Origin: an uncultured delta proteobacterium | Lineage (GTDB): Bacteria > Desulfobacterota > Binatia > UBA9968 | Length of the DNA stretch: 64,000 nucleotides | Direction: 5' to 3' | Assembly: GCA_963771465.1 (NCBI GenBank) | Contig: CAVYTU010000017.1 | Location: 96,001 to 160,000 of the forward strand | In this document: positions 49,963 through 59,179 of the stretch, one piece after another | Position numbering within the stretch: the first letter of the stretch is position 1 | Layout of the letters: each line of letters opens with the position of its first letter | Notes under the pieces: model-generated | Database searches by the model: none | Seen by the model: only the letters and a program-made list of their open reading frames with translations | What the model was told of the DNA's origin: nothing | Position numbers and translations under genes: made by a program

Positions 49963-50985
49963 CTATTTGAGATAGTCGCGTTCGCGATAGAAACGCCTGG
50001 CGCCGGGATGAAGCGGCACATCGTAGGGTGCTTCGTCGTCATTGGCGCAAAGCTGCGCCATGCTGAGCGGCTTGAAATTGTCTGTCGGAATGACTTTCTT
50101 GCGCAGTTCGATGGCCTCGCACAGCGCGTAGGCGATCTCGTTGGCCATGTCGGCGTGCACGATCATCGGCCAACCGCTGAAATCGACTGTCTGGACTTCT
50201 CCGTCGAGCCCGCGAAACCCGCAGCGCGACATAGCGCTGGGCCGGTAGCCAAGCGCTTTGAGAGACCCGAGCACGGCGCCGTCCACCGCCAGATAGCGGA
50301 AATCGTTGTCGAGAGCCGTTTGGCCCCAGCTTTTGATGCCTTCGTCAAACACCGCGTTGACCGCGCCGCTCGCGATGGCGGCGCGCCGGCCCGGGTCGCT
50401 CGGTCGCGGCACGGAGTGAATCTTGCCGCCCCATTTGCGAATGTCCGCCAATGAAAAACCCGCCGCGCGCAGCGTCGCGGCCACGGTAAACATTGTGGCG
50501 CTGCCAGCCAGATCGGACTTGGGCAGATAGCCGGTGGAGATGCGCAACGGAATCTTTCGCTGTTTGATCTCTGCCAGCGAGGCGATTCCGGTAGATTTAT
50601 GTACGGCGAAGCCCATCACGTCGAAGGATGGAAAGTTGGCGATGGTACGCAGCGGTAGGCGTTTTTGGAACGGACCCTTGCCGCGGTAAGCCATGGTCAG
50701 CAGCACCGATGGGTTGACCCAAGCTAACGAGTATTTTCCTTGAGCGACGGCGATGATCTCTTGAAAGCTGCCGGTGGCGAAAGATACCGGCACATCACTG
50801 GTGGCCGTTGTCGCTCTGGCGCCGAGGGAAATTCGGACAACGCGACCGACCCGTGAGTCGGTTTGTAAAACGCCCTCGGCGGCGCGCCGGGTTTCCTGTG
50901 ACAGCGAGCTGTCATAGAGTGCTGCGCCGATTTCCAACAATCCCTTGGCCCGCTGTACCCCCGAGTTGTAACGCTTGATCGCCAT
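49963..50985 (-). CDS. TAXI-like solute-binding fold protein without a signal peptide
   Basis: NAVFDEG, TVDFSGWP, VPLHPGA.RFY; GGAGG RBS. Confidence 0.72.
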   Translation of the reverse strand: MAIKRYNSGVQRAKGLLEIGAALYDSSLSQETRRAAEGVLQTDSRVGRVVRISLGARATTATSDVPVSFATGSFQEIIAVAQGKYSLAWVNPSVLLTMAYRGKGPFQKRLPLRTIANFPSFDVMGFAVHKSTGIASLAEIKQRKIPLRISTGYLPKSDLAGSATMFTVAATLRAAGFSLADIRKWGGKIHSVPRPSDPGRRAAIASGAVNAVFDEGIKSWGQTALDNDFRYLAVDGAVLGSLKALGYRPSAMSRCGFRGLDGEVQTVDFSGWPMIVHADMANEIAYALCEAIELRKKVIPTDNFKPLSMAQLCANDDEAPYDVPLHPGARRFYRERDYLK

Positions 50986-51115
50986 TGCGCGTTCGCCCTC
51001 CGATTGAAGTTGCTACACAGTAATCGCTATCGATTGGCGAAACAATATCTTCGAGTGGATTGGCCCTGAGGGAAGGGTCGGAGCAACTAAAAGTTGGAGC
51101 GGGTTGCAAATGATG

Positions 51116-51150
51116 CCGCCTGACCGCCAGTGCTACCGGCGGTCAGGCGG
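51116..51150. terminator. GC-rich hairpin, probable terminator of the 52118-51170 unit
   Basis: CCGCCTGACCGCC-loop-GGCGGTCAGGCGG, perfect 13-bp stem; weak U-tract. Confidence 0.55.
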
Positions 51151-51169
51151 GGAAGGGAAGCGTTGAAGA

Positions 51170-51730
51170 CTAGCGTTTGCGCAGGTCGTTTTTTAACTCC
51201 TGGCGCGCCGTATTCAGTGCGGTTTGGTCTTTGCGCAGTTCAACGCGGTCTTTTCTAATCTCGACCATATCGTCGCGAATTTCTTGTCGGTCTTTCATGA
51301 TTTCCGCCTTGCTTGCACCGTTGCGAATGTCACGGCGCAGTTCGGCACGGTCTTTTCTTAGCTCTGTGTAGTCTTTGCGTAGTTCGACGCGACCCTGTTG
51401 GACTTCCTTGCGAGCGTTACGGACGTCTTTGAAGTCTTGGCGAATCTCGGGTTTGTTGTGGTGGCCGCGGTTGCTCAGGCGAACGTCATGTCTCGGATAA
51501 TTGCGCCGACGATGATCCTCCCAATAGCCGCGACGATAATCGCGCCGGTCATGTTCCGAGTGGTCGAACTTTTTGTCGTGCTGCTTCTCCCAGCCCTTAT
51601 GCTTGCCGGGATTCTCCTTGCGTTCGTGCTGGTCGTCTTTCGCGAATGCCGATACAGTGACGCTGGGCATTATTAACCCGCCAGTCAATATCCCCGCCAG
51701 AAGCAATATGTTGGTCCGTTTCATTTTCAT
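51170..51730 (-). CDS. Secreted hypothetical protein with charged heptad repeats
   Basis: Signal peptide, PGKHKGW, repeated (E)LRKDR units; AGGAG RBS. Confidence 0.7.
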   Translation of the reverse strand: MKMKRTNILLLAGILTGGLIMPSVTVSAFAKDDQHERKENPGKHKGWEKQHDKKFDHSEHDRRDYRRGYWEDHRRRNYPRHDVRLSNRGHHNKPEIRQDFKDVRNARKEVQQGRVELRKDYTELRKDRAELRRDIRNGASKAEIMKDRQEIRDDMVEIRKDRVELRKDQTALNTARQELKNDLRKR

Positions 51731-51779
51731 TCTCCTTATTTCATTGAAATTTGGCCGATTGGTTTAGTTAGTGACTCGC

Positions 51780-52118
51780 TTAATACTCGATCCGTTGTTG
51801 GCGTTGGATATCCTGACGGTTACGATCGATGGTGCTTTGGTTTTGATAAATTTGTTGCTGGTTGTTTTGATACTGTTCCTGCCCCTGCATGTGATCGCCG
51901 ATCAACGCGCCACCGGCGAGGCCAGCGCCTGCGCCGATCGCCGCCCCCATGCCCGGACGGCCGAAAGCTGCGCCGATGAGCCCGCCGGCGGCCGCGCCGC
52001 CGAGGGCGCCGATGCCGGCGCCTTTTTCCCGCGTTGTCAACTGTCCGCCGGCGCATCCCGTTGCGATCGCCGCCGTCAGTCCGAGGGCCGCTACCCAGCC
52101 CGTATTCTTGATTTTCAT
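51780..52118 (-). CDS. Glycine-zipper lipoprotein
   Basis: Lipobox ATGC, GAGIGALGGAAAGGLIG zipper, Gln-rich tail. Confidence 0.85.
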   Translation of the reverse strand: MKIKNTGWVAALGLTAAIATGCAGGQLTTREKGAGIGALGGAAAGGLIGAAFGRPGMGAAIGAGAGLAGGALIGDHMQGQEQYQNNQQQIYQNQSTIDRNRQDIQRQQRIEY

Positions 52119-52171
52119 TTTGTCTCCCATTGTTTTGTTCCTTGGTTTCGATGGAGTCGCGAATGGCATAA

Positions 52172-52187
52172 AGCAACTGCGATGCCA
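52172..52187 (-). promoter_or_regulatory. Sigma-54 (-24/-12) promoter
   Basis: Minus strand TGGCATCGCAGTTGCT: GG-N10-GC, about 55 bp upstream of the lipoprotein start. Confidence 0.65.
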
Positions 52188-52466
52188 GCTAATTTTACGA
52201 AGTAAAAGTCTGTCTTTCCGGCATTGTCGGTGTTTGATCTCGCCGCCAGGCTGCGTAATTACTACCGGCCGGCGGTCAAAATTGTTTGAATCGAATGAGG
52301 AAGCCGGTACGACGCTTCGAGCGGCCGTCGAGCCGACGCAACTCTTGGTAATAATTTGACGCAGGTGGAATTGGCTTGAACTGTTGCGTCAAGCCATTGT
52401 AAGGCTGGGTCGATGTGGTTGTCACAATACCGGCGTTAAAGTCGTCAGGAGTTCTTGGGAGCTCAC

Positions 52467-53453
52467 GTGATCGTCCAATTACGAATCGCCTTCGGACTGC
52501 TGCTTATTACGTTCTGTTCCGCTTCCGTTGCCGCCCAGGAAAAGCCAAAAATCTACCTCGGTGCGTCGAGCAAGACTCTCGGCTACAGCCCGCTTTGGGT
52601 CGCGAGCAAGAAAGGATTCTTTGACCAACAGGGATTGGATGTTCAGCTGGTGCTTTTGCGCGGTGTGCCGATGACCGTGCAGGCGTTGGCGGCGAACTCG
52701 CTTCATTTCGGCTCCGGCGGGCCGGAGCCGTATATCGAAGCGTCGGAGCGCGGCCTCGACTTCATTGTCACCGGTGGGATCATCAATGGCATCGCGCAGT
52801 TTTTGATCGCCGGCAAGAATTACAAAGTTTGGGAGGACTTGCGCGGCGCAACTTTTGGTACCGCGTCGCTAACCGGGGGAACGATTACGGCTTTGCGCGA
52901 AGCTTTGAAGCTCAAAGGATTAGAGTATCCGCGCGATTACAAACTGCTGATCATCGCCGGCGGTTCGTCGGCAAATCTGGCCGCGCTGCAGTCCGGCCAG
53001 ATCGCCGCGACCACGGTTGCGGTGCCGCTCAATTATGCGGCGGAAGAATCCGGCTTGAACGTCATCGGTAGATTGAGCGAAGGTATCCCGCACTTTCAGA
53101 CCAATGCGTTCATCGCGCGCCGTTCTTGGGCGGAGAAGAACCGGCCGACGATGGTGCGCTTCATGAAGGCGATGGTTTTGACCTATCGCTGGATGTTTGA
53201 CAACCGTGACGCCGCAGTGGAATTTCTTGCTAGCGAGATGAAGCTCAAGCTCGTCCACGCTCGCAAGGGCTGGGAGTTCTACACGCAGAATCGCTACTGG
53301 CCGCCGGACGGCGACGTGACGATGGAGGGGCTGAAAAACAATATCCGTATTTACGCGGAGCAGACCGGCGCCAAGACACCCTTGCCGGACGCTGGCAAGT
53401 ATGTCGATCGAAGTTATTTGCTCGAAGCGACGAAAGAATTAGACAAACGTTAG
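52467..53453 (+). CDS. NMT1/SsuA-type ABC substrate-binding protein
   Basis: Signal peptide, KGFF..QGLDV, LAALQSGQI. Confidence 0.85.
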   Translation: MIVQLRIAFGLLLITFCSASVAAQEKPKIYLGASSKTLGYSPLWVASKKGFFDQQGLDVQLVLLRGVPMTVQALAANSLHFGSGGPEPYIEASERGLDFIVTGGIINGIAQFLIAGKNYKVWEDLRGATFGTASLTGGTITALREALKLKGLEYPRDYKLLIIAGGSSANLAALQSGQIAATTVAVPLNYAAEESGLNVIGRLSEGIPHFQTNAFIARRSWAEKNRPTMVRFMKAMVLTYRWMFDNRDAAVEFLASEMKLKLVHARKGWEFYTQNRYWPPDGDVTMEGLKNNIRIYAEQTGAKTPLPDAGKYVDRSYLLEATKELDKR

Positions 53454-53585
53454 TGTCAAACGCTAGTGAGTACGGAAGTTTTGTAGCTGTGGGTTTTAAA
53501 CCCAACGCTATGCCTTTTGTTGAACTTCGCCCTGCCGGGTGTTACTTCTCAGCGAGCGATCAAAGACTATCGAGGGATTATTTAT

Positions 53586-54374
53586 ATGTCTGATTTCGTT
53601 CTCTTCGAGCAAAAGGGCCATGTGGCGATCGTCACGATCAACCGGCCCGATCGGATGAATGCGCTGGGCCACGACGTGCGCACCGGATTGATCGATGCGT
53701 TTTTGAAAATTCGCCACGAGCCTTCGATCAAGGTCGCCGTCATCACCGGCGCCGGTGACAAGGCGTTTTCTGCTGGCGCCGATTTGAAAGAGCACAACGA
53801 GATATTCCAAAAAAAGGCTTACCGCGTGGGCCCGGACTACGGCGCGCTGGACGAGCCACCGCATTCGAGCCAGATCGTCATCGAGACTTACAAGCCGGTG
53901 ATCGCGGCGGTAAATGGCTACGCGTTGGCCGGTGGTTGCGAGCTGACTCTGGCGTGCGATATTCGCATCGCGTCGGAAAACGCCCGCTTCGGCTTACCCG
54001 AAGCGAAACGCGGCCGTGGCGCCAACTTCGCCACCGTGATGTTGCAGTATTTGATCCCGCGCGGCGTCGCCATGGAAATGCTTTTCACCGGCGAACAAAT
54101 TTCCGCGCAAGACGCGCTGCGCTTCGGCTTGGTCAACCGGGTCGTGCCGCTGGCGGAATTATTGCCAACTGCGGTCGCGCTGGCGGAAAAGATCGCCGAG
54201 AACGCCCCGGTGTCATTGCGTCGCATCAAAGAGTTGTCGGTGAAGTCCATCGGTTCGCCGTTGTTATTTGCTCTCAAGATGGCGCCGGGCCCAAGTCCCT
54301 ATGAAAGTCAGGATGCGCGCGAGGGCGCCAAGGCTTTTGCCGAGAAGCGCTCGGCAACTTTTAAGGGCGACTGA
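53586..54374 (+). CDS. Enoyl-CoA hydratase/isomerase
   Basis: FSAGADLKE, AVNGYALAGGCEL, FGLPE. Confidence 0.92.
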   Translation: MSDFVLFEQKGHVAIVTINRPDRMNALGHDVRTGLIDAFLKIRHEPSIKVAVITGAGDKAFSAGADLKEHNEIFQKKAYRVGPDYGALDEPPHSSQIVIETYKPVIAAVNGYALAGGCELTLACDIRIASENARFGLPEAKRGRGANFATVMLQYLIPRGVAMEMLFTGEQISAQDALRFGLVNRVVPLAELLPTAVALAEKIAENAPVSLRRIKELSVKSIGSPLLFALKMAPGPSPYESQDAREGAKAFAEKRSATFKGD

Positions 54375-54408
54375 GAAATATCGTGACCGTCATCTCAAGG
54401 AGAGAGGC

Positions 54409-55572
54409 ATGAGCAATTATCCGAAAGTTCTTTTGACAGAAGAAGGCATGCGCGACGGTTTGCAGATCGAGCGCGCGGATATTCCGGTTGACGCCAAGAT
54501 TCAGCTCCTCGATATGTTGTCGGACACGGGTCTTAAGGAAATCGCCGTTGGCTCCTTCGTCAGTCCGCGCTGGGTGCCGCAAATGGCCTGCGTCGAAGAG
54601 TTGGTCCAGCGCTTTCATCCCAAACCAGGCGTGACTTATACGGCCACCGCGCTTAACGACATGGGTCGTGAGCGATTGAAAAAATACTGTCCGCCGCTGT
54701 CGGACTACAAGTATGAGGCGCAGACGGCGGTTTATCTTTGCGACGTGTTCGCCCAGCGCAACATCAACCGCACCATCGCGCAGCAGATGGCGCGCTGGCC
54801 CAAGGCGATCGAAGATGCCAAGAGTAAAGGTGCGAAAGAGGCGGGTATCAGTATCAGCGCGGCGTGGGGCTCCAACTGGACCGGCGAGGTGTCGGAAGCC
54901 GATCGCATGAAAATGTTGGAGCAGCAGTATCAGCTTTGGCAAGAAGCGGGGATACCCGTCACGAAAATCGGCATCTCCGATCCGATGGGTTGGAATATGC
55001 CGGATCAAGTCGAGCATCAGTTGGCAACGATCAAGAAACGCTGGCCGTCGATCAAGAGTTTTAATTTGCATCTGCACAACACGCGTGGCATGGCGCTGAC
55101 GTCTTCTTATGTCGCGCTGCGCGCTCTCGATGCCAGCGACACGTTGAGCTTACAGCCGGCCATCGGCGGTATGGGCGGCTGTCCGTTTTGTGGCAACGGC
55201 CGCTCGGCCGGTCTGGCGCCGACGGAAGATCTGATTCATATGATGGAAGGCCTGGGCATCGATACCGGCGTTGATTTGGAAAAACTGATCGAGGCGGTAT
55301 GGTTCGCGGAAGAAATCGTCGGCCATCCGCTTTGGGGTCATGTGTCGAAAAGCGGCCCCCGGCCGACCGGCAAAAAACTTTACGCCATGGATATGCCGTT
55401 TGTCGAAACACTCGATCACGCGCGCCACTTCATCAAGGGCGCCGAGGCCTATAAAGGCGCGCCGTCGCCGTGGAAAGAAACGATCAAAAGCCCGCAGCGG
55501 CCGGATAGCACGAACGGCGATGCGGCCAACGTGACACCAGCGCAGAGCGGCGAGCGCTGGTTGCCGTTGTAA
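54409..55572 (+). CDS. HMG-CoA lyase-like (DRE-TIM) enzyme
   Basis: EGMRDGLQ, GSFVSPRWVPQMA, HLHNTRG, GGMGGCPF, PTEDL. Confidence 0.85.
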   Translation: MSNYPKVLLTEEGMRDGLQIERADIPVDAKIQLLDMLSDTGLKEIAVGSFVSPRWVPQMACVEELVQRFHPKPGVTYTATALNDMGRERLKKYCPPLSDYKYEAQTAVYLCDVFAQRNINRTIAQQMARWPKAIEDAKSKGAKEAGISISAAWGSNWTGEVSEADRMKMLEQQYQLWQEAGIPVTKIGISDPMGWNMPDQVEHQLATIKKRWPSIKSFNLHLHNTRGMALTSSYVALRALDASDTLSLQPAIGGMGGCPFCGNGRSAGLAPTEDLIHMMEGLGIDTGVDLEKLIEAVWFAEEIVGHPLWGHVSKSGPRPTGKKLYAMDMPFVETLDHARHFIKGAEAYKGAPSPWKETIKSPQRPDSTNGDAANVTPAQSGERWLPL

Positions 55573-55606
55573 TTTCTATTCGCACGCAAAAAAATCATGG
55601 GAGATT

Positions 55607-55753
55607 CCGTCATGCCGGCGAAAACCGGCATTCAAGTGACTGTCGGCGTCCGTCATACCGTTGGAAACGGTATCCAGGATTCGGGAATGAGGATGGACCC
55701 GGTTTTCGCCGGAGTGCCGATAAAGCCTTGATTCCCACGTTCGCGGGAATGAC
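55607..55753. repeat. Cluster of four CGTC-headed REP-like palindromes (two forward, two reverse)
   Basis: CCGTCATGCCGGCGAAAACCGGCATTCA; CCGTCATACCGTTGGAAACGGTATCCA; TGGACCCGGTTTTCGCCGGAGTGCCG; TTGATTCCCACGTTCGCGGGAATGAC. Confidence 0.72.
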
Positions 55754-55817
55754 CATCGGCAATTACGAATAACAATCGATCTATTTTTTAGTGAATAATT
55801 CATCGGAGGTAATTTTT

Positions 55818-57911
55818 TTGTCCGATCCAAGAGTCGGTTTACTTTTCGATCCCAAATCCGTCGCCATCATCGGCGCCTCGGCGGATCTCGCCAAGGCGTC
55901 CGGTTTGCCGCTACGTAACATCGTCAACTCTAAATTTACCGGTAAGATTTATCCGGTCAATCCGCGCGCTAAAGAAATCAGCGGGCTTACTTGTTATCCC
56001 ACGGTCACCGACCTACCCGAGCCGCCTGACGTGGCGATTTTCATGATCGACGCCAGGCTCACGGCGCCGATCATGGAAGAGTGCGGCAAAAAAGGCGTCA
56101 AGACTGCCATCATCGGCTCTGCCGGCTTCAGCGAAGACGGCGCCGAAGGGCAAGCCCGTCAAGACGAGGTAAGTGAAATCGCCAAGCGCTACGATGTTCG
56201 GGTTTGCGGACCCAACTGTCACGGCACATTCAACGTCTATAAAAATATTCCCTGCGGTTACGATCATTCTTATGCTTTGCCGATCAAGCCGGGACCGGTG
56301 GCGATTGCGTCACATAGCGGCGCTTTGCTCGGTGTCATCGGCCATCGCGCCGTGCAAGCCAACCAGGGCTTCAGTTACATGGTCAGCAACGGCAATGAGA
56401 TGGATTTGGATCTGTGCGACTTCACCGAGTTCTTCCTCGCAGACGACAACACTAAAGTCGTCGCCGTGCTCATGGAAAGTCTAAAAAATGGGCCGCGATT
56501 CTTACAACTCGCCGAGCGCGCCCACGACATGGGTAAAACCATCGTCGTGCTCAAAGTCGGCAAGTCGGAGCGCGGCGCGATCACGACCATGGCGCACACC
56601 GCGCGCATGGCCGGCTCGGGAGAAGTCTACGAAGCGGCGTTTCGTCAGTACGGCGTGATTTCCACCGACACGGTGGAGGCTTTTCTCGGTACGGCGCAAT
56701 TTGCCGCGCACCAGCCGGTGCCGCGCGGCGGGCGGCTGTTCGTCATGACTTCGAGCGGCGCCGGCGCGAGTCTTATGGCCGACAAAGCGAGCGAGTACGG
56801 CATCGAGCTTGCCGATATTTCCGAGGCGGCGAAAGCGCGCGTGCCGCAGCGGCGCTCGGCCATTTTGACCAATCCCTTCGACACCGCCGGCACTTCGCGC
56901 GCTCCGGGATTTCTCGCTGCCGTGTGCGACGCCTTCGCCGAAGACAATGCCAACGATTGTATGCTCATGTTCATGGGGCCGCTCGCCGTCCGCCACGAGT
57001 ACGGCCGACAATTTGCCGCGGCTGCTGAAAAGCACCGCAAGACCGCCGCGGCGATCATCAATCTTTCCGAAACCGACATGCGCGATATCTTTCAGGAGAA
57101 ACATATTCCCGTCTACGACGCGGCAACCGATGCTTGTTTCCGGATGCTGCGCGGTTATATCGACTACGGGCAGTTTCTTGAGCGGCGCAAAACGGCGCCG
57201 CGGCGTGATTCAGATTCGCAACGCCGCGCGAGCCAGTGTAGAGGCGATTTTGCATGCGCATCGCGGCGCCAAGATGCTGCCGGCGGGTGGCAACCGTCGA
57301 GTTGTTGAACGCTTATGGATTTGAATGCGCGAGATCGATTCTCGTGAAATCGATCCTTGAAGGGAAAACCGCCGCCACCGCAAAAATTGGCTATCCGGTG
57401 ATTCTCAAAGGGATGGTGCCAAACGTTGCGCATCGCAGCGATGCCGGGTTGGTGAGCGGCAAAATTTCGGACGCCACCGAGCTTGACAAAGAATTTGCCG
57501 CAGCTAGCTGCCAAAGCAAATGCTCTCACCGCAGGATCGACGCCGATCAGCGTCGAGAAGTTTGTCGCGCATGACCTCGAAGTTATTCTCGGAGTGAAAT
57601 ACGACCCAACTTTTGGCCCGGTGATTCTCTGCGGCCTGGGCGGTATTTTTACTGAAGTTTTGCAAGATTTCGCGCTCCGGCTAGCGCCGCTGACAAAAGG
57701 CGACGCCGAGGAAATGCTCGCGGCGCTAAAAGCGTATCCGGTTTTGAAAAAATCCCGGAAGAATGTCGACTTGCTCGTCGACGCATTGCTGCGCCTATCG
57801 GAACTCGCCGTGACGTTAAACGGCAAGATTCAAGCCGTGGACATCAATCCCATCGGCCTCGGTGGCGAATCGGCTCAAGCGATCGTATTGGATGCTAAGG
57901 TGCACTTGTAG
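55818..57911 (+). pseudogene. NDP-forming acyl-CoA synthetase (acetate-CoA ligase family) with about three frameshifts in the ATP-grasp part
   Basis: PKSVAIIGAS, GPNC.G, SHSGA, AHTARMAG. Shifted frames carry GYPVILKG...HRSDAG and FGPVILCGLGGIFTE...DINPI. Confidence 0.78.
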
Positions 57912-57933
57912 ATCGATTGGAGATGGATGCACC

Positions 57934-58981
57934 ATGAAATCATCGTTAAGCTTTTTTTGCCGGTTGTACACTGGCGGTCGCAATCGCGGCTCCATTGCGT
58001 GTCGAGGCGCAGAACGAGGCCGACTTCAAAGGCAAGACGATTCGGATCGTGATCGGCACCAGTACCGGCGGCGGTGTCGATCTCTATGCGCGGTTGGTCG
58101 GTCAATTTCTCGGCAAACACTTGCCGGGTGAGCCGCTCATTATCCCGCAGAATATGCCCGGCGCCAGCTCCGTGGTCGCGGCTAATTATGTTTACACAGT
58201 CGCCAAGCCGGACGGCTTGACCCTCGGCGCTTTGCAGGGCGGCGCATTTTTCGACCAGATCCTCGGTCACAACACGGTAAAGTTCGATTGGTCAAAATTC
58301 ACCTGGGTGGGATCGCCGGAACGGTTGGAGGCGCAACTCTACATGCGCGCCGACAGTCCGTACAAAACCCTCGACGACATTCGGCGCGCCAGCGAACCGC
58401 CCCGTTGCGGCGGCGCCGGCACCGGCGCGACAGGCTATTTCGTGCCGAAAGTATTGGAAGAGACGCTTGGACTGAAATTTAAAACCGTGACCGGTTATCA
58501 AAGCGGCGGCGAGATCGATATCGCCGTCGAGCGCGGTGAATTGCATTGCCGCGCCTTCGACATCGGCAGCTTTGTCGGCCGCGATCCAACTCGCACTTGG
58601 TTCAAGAATGGTTTCGTCAAGAGTCTGCTGCAGACCGGACGCAAACGCGACGCGCGTTTAGGCGACGTGCCGACACTCTACGAATTGATGGATAAGCAAA
58701 AAACTCCGGACTCGCTTCGGCGCATGGCGAGCGTGGTTTTGTCCTCTGGAGGATTCGGTCGGCCCATGGTGGCGCCGCCAGGGATGGCTAGCGAAATGGC
58801 GCGCGTGATTCGCGACGGCTACGGTAAAATGTTGAAGGACCCAGAGTTCATCGCCGAAGTGAAGAAGCGACGCTACGATCTTGAACCGGTGTCCTGGGAA
58901 GAAATGCAAAACTTAGCCAAGGAAGTCACCAGCCAGCCGGCCGAGGTGATCGAGCGGGTGAAGAAGATTCTGGAGAATTAA
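57934..58981 (+). CDS. Bug/TctC tripartite tricarboxylate transporter substrate-binding protein
   Basis: GGGVDLYAR, QNMPGA, KPDGLT. The signal peptide from ATG 57934 is restored by removing one T from the run at 57952-57958. Confidence 0.85.
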
Positions 58982-59033
58982 TCGGTTACGAATCATTCTG
59001 ATTTTGCTAGTAAATTCGCCGTCGACATCCAAT

Positions 59034-59122
59034 CCGTCATACCCGCGAAAGCGGGTATCCAGTCTTTTTTCGCACTTAACCTAACAAGAGAACTTGGATT
59101 CCCGCGTGCGCGGGAATGACGG
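59034..59122. repeat. Inverted pair of CGTC-headed REP-like palindromes between convergent genes
   Basis: CCGTCATACCCGCGAAAGCGGGTATCCA ... TGGATTCCCGCGTGCGCGGGAATGACGG. Confidence 0.8.
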
Positions 59123-59179
59123 AGGTCGAGCAAAGTGAAAGGTTGCTTCGAATTGCTCGTTATCAAGCCGAAAGGGTCA

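Noticed and set aside
55607-55753. Possible CRISPR mini-array
   Set aside because: Units vary in sequence, occur in both orientations with irregular spacing, and no cas genes are present; it fits REP-like elements.
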